DNA from: the human T2T-CHM13v2.0 reference genome, Homo sapiens
Direction: 5' to 3' (one strand)
Assembly (NCBI RefSeq): GCF_009914755.1
Contig: NC_060930.1
Length of the DNA stretch: 64,000 nucleotides
In this document: piece by piece, positions 1-13,006 of the stretch
Numbering within the stretch: position 1 is the stretch's first letter
How the letters are laid out: each line of letters begins with the position of its first letter
Notes under the pieces: generated by a model
Seen by the model: the letters and a program-made list of their open reading frames with translations, nothing else
What the model was told of the DNA's origin: nothing
Databases searched by the model: none
Translations under genes and position numbers: made by a program

Positions 1-477
1 AGTATTTATTCTTTGACTGTACCACACTTCATCCATTTGCCAGTTGAGGGATATTTGGGCTGTTTCCAGCTTTGACAATTACAATTAAAGCCACTGTAAA
101 CAACTGCATTCAGGTTTTTTAGTGCACTTGGGTAATACCTAGGGGTCAGATTGTTGAGTTGTAAGGTAAGCATATGCTTAATTTTATAAGAAGCTGCCAA
201 AATATTTTCCAAAGTAACTATAATTTTTCATAGCCACCAGGAATGTGTTTCTTATCCTACTCAGTATTTATTACTGATGTTTCTTTGATTTTAGCCATTC
301 TAACAGTTGGGTGGTATTATCTGGTTGTGGTTTTAATTTGTATTAGCCTAATGAAGTAAAATGTGGAGCACCTTTATGTGCATATTTGCCATTTTTATGT
401 ACTGTTCATTGGTGAAGTGTCTATAAATTTTTTACCCATTTTTAAATTGGATTTTTTAAACAATTGAGTTTTGAGAG

Positions 478-528
<51 letters not shown>

Positions 529-739
529 TATATGTATATATCCTGGATATAGAACTTTTATCTGTCTCATTTGAAAATATGTTTTCCAGTGTGTGGATTG
601 CCTGTTAATTCTCTTACTTACCAATGTCTTTCAAAGAACAGAGGTACTTAGTTTTTAACAAAGATCATTTATTCTGTTTGTTCTTGTATAAATCATGTTT
701 TTGGGTTTGTATCTCAATCATTTTTGTCTAAATCATGGT
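1..739 (-). mobile_element. Old L1M LINE fragment (ORF2 3' region), left part, interrupted by THE1
   Basis: The minus-strand ORF 6..212 ends WKQPKYPSTGKWMK, like the L1 ORF2 C-terminus. T-rich L1-antisense sequence resumes after 2989. Confidence 0.75.
481..540. repeat. (TA)n/(CA)n microsatellite
   Basis: About 19 TA units followed by CA/TA units, seen directly. Confidence 0.95.
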
Positions 740-2989
740 TGATATAGTTTGGCTGTGTCCCCACCCAAATCTCATCTTAAATTCCCATATATTGTGGGAG
801 GGACCTGGTGGGAGGTTACACCTGCTGGTTTTAAAAACAGGAGTTTCTCTACACAGGCTCTCTCTTTGCCTGCTGCCATCCACGTAAAACATGACTTGCT
901 CCTCCTTGCCTTCTGCCATGACTGTGAGGCCTCCCCAGCCACATGGAACTGTAAGTCCATTAAATCTCTCTTTCTTTTGTAAATTGCCCAGTCTCAGGTA
1001 TGTCTTTATCAGCGGCATGAAAACAGAGTAATACAGAAACTTGGTACCAGTAGAGTGGGGGGGGGGGGGGGGTGTTGTTGAAAAGATACCCCAAAATAAG
1101 GAAGTGACTTTGGAACTGGGTAACAGTTCCAAAGAGTTGGAACAGTTTGGAGGGCTCAGAAGAAGACAAGGAAATGTGGGAAAGTCTGGAACTCTCTAGA
1201 GACTTGTTGAATAGCTTTGACCAAAATGCTGATAATGATATGGACAATAAAATCCAGGCTGAGGTGGTCTCAGATGGATATGAGGAACTTGTTGGGAACT
1301 AAAGCAAAGGTGACTCTTGTTATGTTTTAGCAAAGGGACTGGTGGCATTTTACCCCTTCCCTAGAGATTTGTGGAAAACTTTGAACTTGAGAAAGATGAT
1401 GTAGGGTATTTGATGGAAAAAATTTCTAAGCAGCAAAACATTCACTTCAAAAAATTTGAAGTGACTTGGGTGCTGTTAAAGGCATTCAGTTTCAAAACAA
1501 AACTAGTGCATAAAAGTTTGGAAAATTTGCAGCCTAACAATGCAATAGAAAAGAAAATCCCATTTTCTGAGGAGAAATTCAAGCCAGCTGCAGACATTTG
1601 CGTAAGTAACAAGGAGCTGAATGTTAATCACCGAAGACAATGGGGAAAATGTCTCCAGGGCATGTCAGAGACCTTTGTGGCAGTCCCTCCCATCATAGGC
1701 CTGGAGGCCTAGGAGGAAAACGTGATTTTGCGGGCCTGGCCTAAGGTCCTCGTGCTGTGTGCAGCCTAGAGACTTGGTGCACTGCATCCCTGCTGCTGCA
1801 GCCATGGCTGAAAGGGGCCAGTGTAGAGCTCAGGCCATGGCTTCAGATGGGGCAAGGCTCAAGCAGCTTTCGTGTGGTACTGAGGCTGCGAGTGCACAGA
1901 TATCAAGAATTGAGGTTTGGGAACCTCTGCCTAGATTTCAGAAGATGTATGGAAATGCCTGGATGCCCAGGCAGAAGTTTACTGTAGGGGTGGGGCCCTC
2001 ATGGAGAACCTTTGCTAAGGCAGTGCGAAAGGGAAGTGTGGGATGGGAGCCCCAACACAGAGTCCCTAATGGGGCACTGCCTAGTGGAGCTGTGAGAAAA
2101 GTGTCCTTGTCCTCCAGATCCCAGACTGGTAGATCCACCAACAGCTTGCACCATGTGCCTGGGAAAAGCCACAGACATTCAACATCAGCCCATGAAAGTA
2201 GCCAGGAGGGAGGCTGTACCCTGCAAAGTCACAGGGGTGGAGCTACCAAGACCATAGGAACTCACCTCTTGTATCAGCATGACCTAGATGTGAGACATGG
2301 AGTCAAAGGAGTTCATTTTGGAGCTTTAAGAGTTGACTGCCTGCTGGATTTCAGACTTGCATGGGGTCTGTAGCCCCTTTGTTTTAGCTAATTTCTTCCA
2401 TTTTTAATGGCCGTATTTACCCAATGCCTGTACCCCCATTGTATCTAGGAATTAACCAACTTACTTTTAATTTTACATGCTCCTAGGCAGAAGGCACTTG
2501 CCTTGTCTCAGATGAGACTTGGGACTGTGGACTTTTCAGTTAATGCTGAAATGAATTAAGACTTTGGGGGACTGCTGGGAAGGCGTGATTGGCTTCAAAA
2601 TGTAAGGATGTGAGATTTGGGAGGGCTGGGGGTGGAATGACATGGTTTGACTGTGTTGCCACCCAAATCTCATCTTGAATTCCTATGTGTTATTGGAGGG
2701 ACCCAGTGGGAGGTAATTGAATCATGAGGGTGGGTCTTTCCTGTGCTGTTCTCATGATAGTAAATAAGTCTCACAAGATTTGCTGGTTTTAAAAATGTGA
2801 GTTTCCCTCTCCAATGTCTCTCTTTGCTTGCTGCCATCCATGTAAGATGTGACTTGCTCCTCCTTGCTTTCCACCATGCTTGTGAGACCTCCCCAGCCAG
2901 GTGGAACTGTAAGTCCATTAAATCTCTCTTTTGTAACTTGCCCAGTCATGGGCATGTCTTTATCAGTAGCATGAAAATGGACTAACACA
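740..2989 (+). mobile_element. Complete THE1 (ERVL-MaLR) element: 5' LTR 740-1035, internal 1036-2637, 3' LTR 2638-2989
   Basis: Both LTRs start TGA(T/C)AT(A/G)GTTTG and end TAA(T/C)ACA. The internal region starts ...TTGGTACCAGTAGAGTGGGG. ORF remnants (PRFQKMYGNAWMPRQKF) are typical of MaLR internal sequence. Subfamily THE1B/C-like, uncertain. Confidence 0.93.
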
Positions 2990-4000
2990 AAGTTTATAAA
3001 TATTTTCTTGTTTGTTTTTCTTATACATTTCATAGTTTTCAGTTTTTAATTTTATTGTTTTTAGGTTCAAGGTCAATTTTGAATTAATTTTTGTGTGTGG
3101 TATAAGGAATGTAGACAATTCATTTATTTGCATATGAATATTAAATTGTTCCATCATTTGATGAAAAGTCTGTTTTTGCCATTGAATTGTCTTAGCAATT
3201 GTGTCAAAAATGGTGACTATATATGTGTGCGTCTACCTCTAGAATCTGTGTTCTGTTTGATTGTCTATCTTTTTGCCATTACCACACAGTGTTGTTACTG
3301 TGGTTAATAGTAACTTTTGAAATCAGGTTTAAGTCGTCAAACTCTGTTATTCTTTTTCACAGCCATTTTAGCTATTCTACCTCCTTTGCCTTTCCATCTA
3401 ATTTTAGAACTGTTTATTAATTTCAAAAAATCTAGCTGGTATATTTATTGGAATTGTATTGAATATGTAGATCAGTATTTTGGCTAAGTGACATCTTAGC
3501 AATATTGAGTCTTCTAGTTCATGATTGTATTGTGCCTTGCTCTGATTTTCTTTATATTTCTCATGCTTGGACTTTACTGAACTTTTTGCACCCATGGAAT
3601 TATGTTTTAGATTTTTTAAGAATCAAATTTGGGCTTTTTACCATTATTTCTTCAGATATTTTTCTATTCCCCTACTCACTCTCTTCTTCATGTACACTAA
3701 TTACACATACATTAGGCTGCTAAAAAAGTTCATTTAATTTATAAGTTTGTTTATTCCCATCTTTTTCTTTCTGTTTCCTTTTCAATAATTTCTGCTGCTA
3801 TGTTTTCAAGTTTATTGATATTTTCTTCTGCACTATCTATTACACTATGAATCTTATGTAGAGGTTTTTGTTTATTTGTTTTTAACTTGAAACATTGTAT
3901 TTTCACATCTAGGAGTCTTATTTGGGTATTTTAAAACATCTTCTATGTCTCTTCTTAATTCGGTCATTTTTTCTTTATCCTTCTTAAATATATGGAATAC
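2990..4000 (-). mobile_element. Old L1M fragments continuing after THE1 (ORF2, then ORF1-region pieces)
   Basis: Antisense L1 motifs (TTTTGAATTAATTTTTGTGTGTGGTATAAGG; ATTGGAATTGTATTGAATATGTAGATCA). Boundaries approximate. Confidence 0.65.
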
Positions 4001-4365
4001 AGTCATAATCACTATTATTTTAATAGGTTCATATGACTTACTATTTGATGAAACTAGTTCCTTTTATTTCTTTTCTTTATTATAATTTCATTTGATATTA
4101 TGTTTGATTTCTTAATATAAAATGCAATATCAGCTTGTCTTTTTCTTAAAAATTCTGCTGTTATTTTTTATTGAAATCATATAATAATTATACACAGTTA
4201 TGTTCAACATTTCAAGTTGGTGAATTATCTTATCTAAAACCACTGGTATGTCTTTTCTTTTTTTCTACTTTCTTTTGTGTCCCAAAATACTTAAAGTTTA
4301 CCTTCATATACATCTTTTAGATTTATTGATGTGCTTATTAATATATATTCATATATTGATGTATG

Positions 4366-5062
4366 CAATTCAGTTCTGACACTAACTACCTAGGGTTGGT
4401 GTGCATGGTTCCCAAGGAGACTGCTCTCACTTTAGATGCCAGCCAGAGGTGGGGTCCCCAACTCCACTTCTGATCATCAGAGTACAAATCCAGGGGTTCG
4501 TAGAACCACCCTCAGGTTTGGTTATTTGCTAAAATGGCTAAGAGAACTTTGCAAATTGCTTACAATGATTACATGATTATATTTTTCTTAAAACGTATAA
4601 AAATTAGGAACAGCCAAAAGAAAAGACACATAATGTAAGGTCTGGAGGGGTCCTGACATAGAGCTTCAGTACCTTCCCCTATAAATCAGGGCATGTCACC
4701 TTCCTGGAACATTAATATATTCAGCAACCCAGAATTTCCTCTGAGTTTTGGAGTGTTTAGACTTTTAATTGAGATTCCATTACACAGGCATAATTGATTA
4801 AATCACTGGCCTTGTGATTGAACTCTCTCTCTACCTCCCTATTCCCCCAGAGGTTGGGCTGGCTCAAAATTCCAGAGATCTAATCATGTGGTTTGTTTTT
4901 CTGGTGACCAACCACAGCCTGAAGCTATCTTAGAGGCCTACTATGAGTCACTTCATTAGTATAAACTCACCTGTGACCCAAGGGCTTAGTAATAACAAAG
5001 ACAAAAAGCCCCTTCCAGGAACCAAAGTCAAAAACCAGTGAAATCCACTATTATAAAACAAC
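4366..5062. mobile_element. MER21-family solo LTR
   Basis: CAATTCAGTTCTGACACTAACTACCT...CACTTTAGATGCCAGCC...GGGGTTC...CTCAGGTTTG resembles the recalled MER21 consensus. Confidence 0.7.
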
Positions 5063-5104
5063 ATCCTACCATCAGCATTATAAATAATTTGTTCTGTTTA
5101 AATA

Positions 5105-5448
5105 CAGCTGTGCACAACATAATGATGTTTCAGCCAATGATGAACCACACATAGAAGACAGTGGTCCAATAAAATTATAATACCTATTTTTACTGTACCT
5201 TTTCTACATTTATATATTTTTAGATCAATAAATTGTTTACCATTGTGTTTATAATTGCCTGTAGCATGCAGTACAGTAACATGCTGTACAGGTTTGTAGC
5301 ATATGGACAATAGGCTATGATATATTGACTAAGTGTAGTAGGCTATACCATCTAGGTTTGTGTAAGTATACTCGATGATAGTACAATCACAAAATTGCCT
5401 AGTGATGCATATCTTAGAAAATCCCCGTCGTTAAGTGGCATGTTACTG
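5105..5448. mobile_element. Tigger3a/MER7-type non-autonomous TcMar DNA transposon
   Basis: TA|CAG...CTG|TA ends, about 345 bp, with the GTAGTAGGCTATACCATCTAGGTTTGTGTAAGTA core. Confidence 0.85.
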
Positions 5449-5558
5449 TATACAAATTATGACAGAGTTAAGAAGATCCATTTCTAAAAGTTTTTCAGTG
5501 AGATTTATTAGCACATTGAAGTATAAGGTAGTAAATCCTAAACTTTGAAACTATTGAA

Positions 5559-5858
<300 letters not shown>

Positions 5859-6180
5859 GAAACTATTGGAAATGTCGAAGGAAGAACAAACAACTCCACA
5901 AAGAAGATTCTTCATTGTCTCATTTTATTAATTCCAGAAAAGTGTAATCCAAAATTACTTGGCAGAATTCTGCAAAGAGAAAGAAGATATGTAAAGGTAT
6001 AGAAAGTGAGAGCATGCATAGCATAATATTGATCTCATAGAGGTAGCTTCATATTTAAAGGCTAACCTGAAAACTTTGAGTGCTGTAACTAGTATCTGAT
6101 ATATAAAAACAAATAAATTAATCCCCCCAAAATTCTTTGATTACTTTCCATATAAGTTGTCACCAAAATGTAATTAACTG

Positions 6181-6759
6181 TGTCGGAGGCATAAGATCAA
6201 TGTGGCTCCAGCAGCCTGGGTCCCCACATGAGTAAATTGAAACTCAATTCAATGTAAATAACATCCTAGAAAAATGAAACTTAAGCTTTACCAATCAGAA
6301 ACTGCCAACTAACCTCTACTGGAAACTTTGTCTTGCTTCCATAAACATTGTATGAAAGTTTTCCCCTGGCCGAGCGTGGTGGGTCACGCCTGTAATCCCA
6401 GCACTTCCGGAGGCTGAGGCAGGCAGATCACCTGAGGTCAGGAGTTGGAGACCAGCCTGGCCAACATGATGAAACCCCATCTCTACTAAAAATACAAAAA
6501 TTAGCCAGGCATGGGGGTGGGTGCCTGTAATCCCAGCTACTTGGGAGGCTGAACAGGAGAATCGTTTGAACCCAGGAGGCTGAGGTTGCAGTGAGCTGAG
6601 ATCGCGCCACTGCACTCCAGCCTGGGCAATAAAGAGTGAAACTGCGTCTCCCCTTGGTGAAGCCCCAACCACTTGCTTTCTGGTATTGCCCAATTCGTGA
6701 ATCTATGTCTGCTCAAATGAACTCTAGAATTTTAATGTACCTATGTTTATCTTTTAGCA
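6181..6759 (+). mobile_element. ERV1-class solo LTR (MER57-related, family uncertain) interrupted by an Alu
   Basis: TG...CA ends, a CCAATCAG box, and a 3' end GCCCAATTCGTGAATC...GCTCAAATGAACTC...CTTTTAGCA like MER57-group LTR ends. Confidence 0.6.
6368..6650 (+). mobile_element. AluS (Sq/Sx-like) lacking a poly(A) tail
   Basis: Full dimer from GGCCGAGCGTGG to GAAACTGCGTCTC, followed directly by CCCTTGG with no A run. Confidence 0.93.
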
Positions 6760-6800
6760 GTGTTAACTTTGGCATGTTTAAGCTATGTATGGTTATATGA

Positions 6801-7961
<1,161 letters not shown>

Positions 7962-8984
7962 AAAAAAGTGATATATATTATAATCAAGAAAAGTGAGACA
8001 TTTTCTAATAAAGTTAAATTGAAATCCAGTGTTTCACAGTTTTCATTCCTCCTTTAGAAATTTCTTATGTGCAAATTCTATTTTAGGGGTTTTATAAATA
8101 AATTATTGTATTGTAAGATGTCCCTTTGCTGATGAATGCCCATAGAATGTGTTGAAAACAAATGCTGCACTAATAGGATGAAATCTAAAGCTCATTTCAG
8201 AGACAATTTCCAAATGGTCCTCTATGATAACTGCCATGCAAATGTGCATATATTTTGTTTTCAAAAAGCTACATTAATGGTTTTGCTGTATCCCAGGAAT
8301 ATATTTTGATCTGTCTCTAAGTTCACAGGAAAAGTTGTAGTATTCTTGACATTCTATTCCTTCCAGAGAGCAAAATCATCCCAACATTCCTTCCTGAAGT
8401 GTTTGATATAGTTACAATGATGTGATTTCTTGAAATGTATACTGTGAGAAAAAAAAAATGTGTGGTTTTAATTCCAAAAAAGTCACACTGAATGTGCACT
8501 TGAATGAATCAAATTAATTATTAAAATAAGCATACATGCAAAACTGAACAGTGAAAACGGTTAAAATGGTTAACTGATTTTTTTAATTTAATGGATTTAT
8601 CTATGAATTATGTAATATCTACTGCCATTATTCAGAAGAATCATCTTTCCTGTTTTTAATGGGCATATAATATCTAAGGATCCAAATTCTACCTGGATTA
8701 TATTTCATTAATTTGAAAATGAATTAATCCCATTCTACTTTTACACATAAAAAGGATTCCATCCATATATCTGAAAATAAGACCATGCTAATTTGTCTAA
8801 TAGTTAATGCACTGCAATCCTGTAAATGTTACAGTAAAATACCATGCCAAAAATAGGCACAGTTTCAGATGCTTCAGCATATGAGGCATGGATACTTCAA
8901 TGATTTGCAAAGGGTTCTGCTCAGTAGACTGAATGGAAAAGATGGTCATTGCTCTTTAATGTAATTTTGCAGCTCTCATCAAAG

Positions 8985-9945
8985 AAAATATCTCCATGAA
9001 ATTTATTGGTAACTGTTTATCTTTGATCAGTGCAAACTGAAGTCAAATATACAAGGTAAACACACATAAAGATAAGTTCACACATTTCTGTGAATTTTCT
9101 AAATGTACACACTTCTGCAAATTCTCTAAATTCACAAATAACAAATTTGCGTGCATGCAAGCATATGTGCACATGTGCACACACATGACATAAAATATGA
9201 GAGGGTGGAGGTAATTTTTCCCCCTTAATACTATACTGATAAGTGAATGCTATGGGAACAGTTTGGCTCTCGTGAGCCAAATTTCTATTTTTAAAATCTT
9301 CCTTCACATAGATCATATGATGTGTGTGAACTCTAAGAATATTCTGACTTACTGCTTCTCTGATAATTTAATTGAAGCCACCACTTCTACTTTTAGGAAA
9401 TAGCTTAGTCATGTATTTACGACTTTACTGTATTTCAGAAGAGTTTTTTTTTTTTCCACAGTGAAATGATCTGAGTTACATAAACCATTCTGATCTGATG
9501 GTGGTGGGTTTGTCTTTCACACAAGCAACACCTTTGTAAAATGATGGGGTTGTCTAAACTTTTTAAAATGTCATTTAAAAAGCAGCTCTGTATTATCATA
9601 ACAATTTCCTGCTATTTAAAGTATATTACAATAAATATAAAAGTAGGTTAAGCATAAAGGTAGGAAAAGGCATTTTAGTAAATGAATCAGTTCAATTTTT
9701 TTTGTGGTTCCAAAAGTTGCAGTGACTATGATTCTTAAGATAGACTGAAATATATTACCTATGGCACACATTTACCCCTCAAAAGTTTACTCTTCCTGTG
9801 AAAGAAATTAAAGCTGTTTCTAAAAATGCATACATTTAGAGAATTTGTTTATCCATCCTGACGTGATTATTTAAACCTCTCAACATCAAGTGTTTTTGTT
9901 TGTTGTGGGAAAGAAACTGGTGACTTTCTTGGGGCTAATATCCGG
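8985..9945 (-). other. Candidate terminal exon / 3'UTR of an unidentified minus-strand transcript
   Basis: Minus-strand acceptor TTTCTTCTTCTTTCTTCTCTAG|CCGG (AG at 9947-9946). All three frames stop within 80 nt. AATAAA at 9007-9002, with upstream TGTA motifs and a downstream T-rich tract. No recognisable repeats. Confidence 0.4.
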
Positions 9946-10950
9946 CTAGAGAAGAAAGAAGAAGAAATCACACTGAGAAACAGGAAGACACCCTGCAGGA
10001 GCACCATATTCAATGCTGCCTTGTTTTCAGTCTGTGACATTGGCATACATACTTCCAACAGGAGTGATGATGCGACTCCAAACTTTGTGGTCAAACTTCA
10101 TGTGGTAGAGGGAGGATCAGAGGTTCTGTTACCCACTCATCCCTATAATTGTGCAAAAGATGTGTTCAATTTTTACTTGATACCTACATCCGCTGGTCCA
10201 ATCAGCACACCAGGAAGCAAGCAAATGGTAAAATTACCACACACCTCCCTCCTACATCTCTTCTATACATGCACACATTTGCAGAAACAATTATAGTAAT
10301 GTTTTATAAAGAAACCATTCAGTAGGTAAGAAAACCATTTGTTTGCTGATCAGAAATTTTAAGATTAAAAAGTCATAAATGTCTACTAGACATCATCGTT
10401 GTAGAGGACTTAAGGTAAAGCTTTTTCTCTTCTGACTTGGTTTTCATAGATTCACACTATTCACAGCATAAAACAAGATGAAACATATATTTGCATATTT
10501 TGCACAGAGAATGAATAGAAATGAAAAGTAATTATTATGATATAGATTATTCTTCTTATTCTAAACATTAATTATTGACTCAAAAAATATAATGAACCTG
10601 CTGGTCACTTTCATTTTCCTATATAAGACCCATGCAAATGTTTTAGTGCAGTAAACAAATTAACTGAGTGTTATTCAATTTCACCATATATCTAGAGATT
10701 CAAAGTTCTTCAGCTTGGGGGCCTCTACTAATTCATTTTTTATGGCTGGAAGTTCTTCAATGTAATGACTTCATTTCCTTTAGTCAAAATAATCTTTTTC
10801 TTTTAATTTATGACTTCAATGTAATCAATTTATTTGAGATGTAGTAGGATACATTTCTTGATGTTTGAGAATCTCATAGAGAATCTTATTTTTATTACTA
10901 GAACATGTGGCTCTTTCAGATATACCCACGTTCTTCAAGAATTTTTTTCT

Positions 10951-12580
10951 TTTTCTTTTTTTTTTAGTATTTATTGATCATTCTTGGGTGTTTCTCGGAG
11001 AGGGGGATTTGGCAGGGTCATAGGACAATAGTGGAGGGAAGGTCAGCAGATAAACAAGTCAACAAGGGTCTCTGGTTTTCCTAGGCAGAGGACCCTGCAG
11101 CCTTCTGCAGTGTTTGTGTCCCTGGGTACTTGAGATTAGGGAGTGGTGATGACTCTTAAGGAGCAAGCTGCCTTCAAGCATCTGTTTAACAAAGCACATC
11201 TTGCACTGCCCTTAATCCATTTAACCCTGAGTGTACACAGCACATGTTTCAGAGAGCACGGGGTTGGGGGTAAGGTTATAGATCAACAGCATCCCAAGAC
11301 AGAAGAATTCTTCTTAGCACAGAACAAAATGGAGTCTCCTACGTCTACTTCCCTCTAAACAGACACAGCAACCATCCGACTTCTCTATCTTTTCCCCACA
11401 TTTCACCCTTTTCTACTCGACAAAACTGCCATCGTCATCATGGCCCGTTCTCAATGAGCTGTTGGGTACACCTCCCAGACAGGGTGGCTGCTGGGCAGAG
11501 GGGCTCCTCACTTCCCAGATGGGGCGGCCGGGCAGAGGCACCCCCCACCTCCCGGATGGGGCGGCTGGCCGGGCGGGGGCTGCCCCCCACCTCCCTCCCG
11601 GACGGGGCGGCTGCTGGGCGGAGATGCTCCTCACTTCCCAGATGGGGCGGCTGCCGGGTGGAGGGGCTCCTCACTTCACAGACGGGGCGGCTGCCGGGTG
11701 GAGGGGCTCTTCACTTCTCAGACTGGGTGGCGGGCAGAGACGCTCCTCACCTCCCAGATGGGGTCGCGGCCGGGCAGAGGCACTCCTCACATCCCAGATG
11801 GGGCGGTGGGGCAGAGGCGCTCCCCACATCTCAGACGATGGGCGGCTGGGCAGAGACGCTCCTCACTTCCTAGACGGGATGGCGGCCGGGAAGAGGTGCT
11901 CCTCTTCCCAGACTGGGCGGCTGGGCAGAGGGGCTCCTCACATCCCAGACGATGGGCAGCCAGGCAGAGACGCTCCTCACTTCCCAGACGGGGTGGCGGC
12001 TGGGCAGAGGCTGCAATCTCGGCACTTTGGGAGTTCAAGGCAGGCGGCTAGGAGGTGGAGGTTGTAGCGAGCCAAGATCACGCCACTGCACTCCAGCCTG
12101 GGCAACATTGAGCACTGAGTGAATGAGACTCCGTCTGCAATCCCGGCACCTCTGGAGGCCGAGGCTGGCAGATCACTCGCGGTTAGGAGCTGGAGACCAG
12201 CCCAGCCAACACAGCAAAACCCCGTCTCCACCAAAAAAATATGAAAACCAGTCAGGCGTGGCGGCGCGCGCCTGCAATCCCAGGCACTCGGCAGGCTGAG
12301 GCAGGAGAATCAGGCAGGGAGGTTGCAGTGAGCTGAGATGGTGGCAGTACAGTCCAGCTTCGGCTCGGCATCAGAGGGAGACCGTGGAGAGAGAGGGAGA
12401 GGGAGACCGTGGGGAGAGGGAGACCGTGGGGAGAGGGAGAGGGAGACCGTGGGGAGAGGGAGAGGGAGACCGTGGGGAGAGGGAGAGGGAGACCGTGGGG
12501 AGAGGGAGAGGGAGAGGGAGACCGTGGGGAGAGGGAGAGGGAGAAGGAGAGGGAGACCGTGGGGAGAGGGAGAGGGAGAG
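10951..12580 (-). mobile_element. Full-length SVA retrotransposon (older SVA_A/B-like)
   Basis: Poly(T) and TTTATT at 10951-10975; SINE-R to about 11470; GC-rich VNTR about 11480-12005; Alu-like domain to about 12372; CCCTCT hexamer region to 12580. Perfect 15-bp TSD CAAGAATTTTTTTCT at 10936-10950 and 12581-12595. Confidence 0.97.
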
Positions 12581-13006
12581 CAAGAATTTTTTTCTACCTG
12601 TAAAAATATAGCATTAAATTCTTCAATATACATTTCGGCTTCATTTGTGAAGGGCCTGATTTTGTGATTGAGTTGTGTAGAATAAGTACATAAATGTGCA
12701 GACAGGATAGTACAGAAAAGAAAACATGGCCTGATTCATCATAGAATTGCCTTTTAATTCCTGGAAGTCAGGGGGAGCTAGTATTGAAAATGTGGGGAAA
12801 TGGTGTGTCTTTTCACATGAAAGTTCTCACACATGTGGAGATAGTATTTATCTATTCAACGCCCCTCTGAACGCAAAACTTAGAAAAAAAGTTACATAGT
12901 ACAGCTAATAGCACAGCTCTGCCTCTTGCTCTCTCTAGATCTTTTTTATTTTTGGTAGGGAGCTAGCAGAGGTTGTGCGACAGTCAACAAAGTATTTCTT
13001 GACAGA

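Noticed and set aside
1371-2373. 113-aa and 204-aa ORFs as a host gene
   Set aside because: They lie in the THE1 internal region, and the same peptides recur broken in both MST copies. They are decayed MaLR ORF remnants.
10021-10296. Plus-strand 91-aa ORF / possible 197-nt exon 10031-10227 (TTTTCAG| ... ATG|GTAAAA)
   Set aside because: Weak donor, no recognisable protein and no supporting plus-strand exons nearby. Not fully excluded.
11413-12667. Many overlapping GC-rich ORFs and an apparent CpG island
   Set aside because: Entirely explained by the SVA VNTR, Alu-like and hexamer domains.
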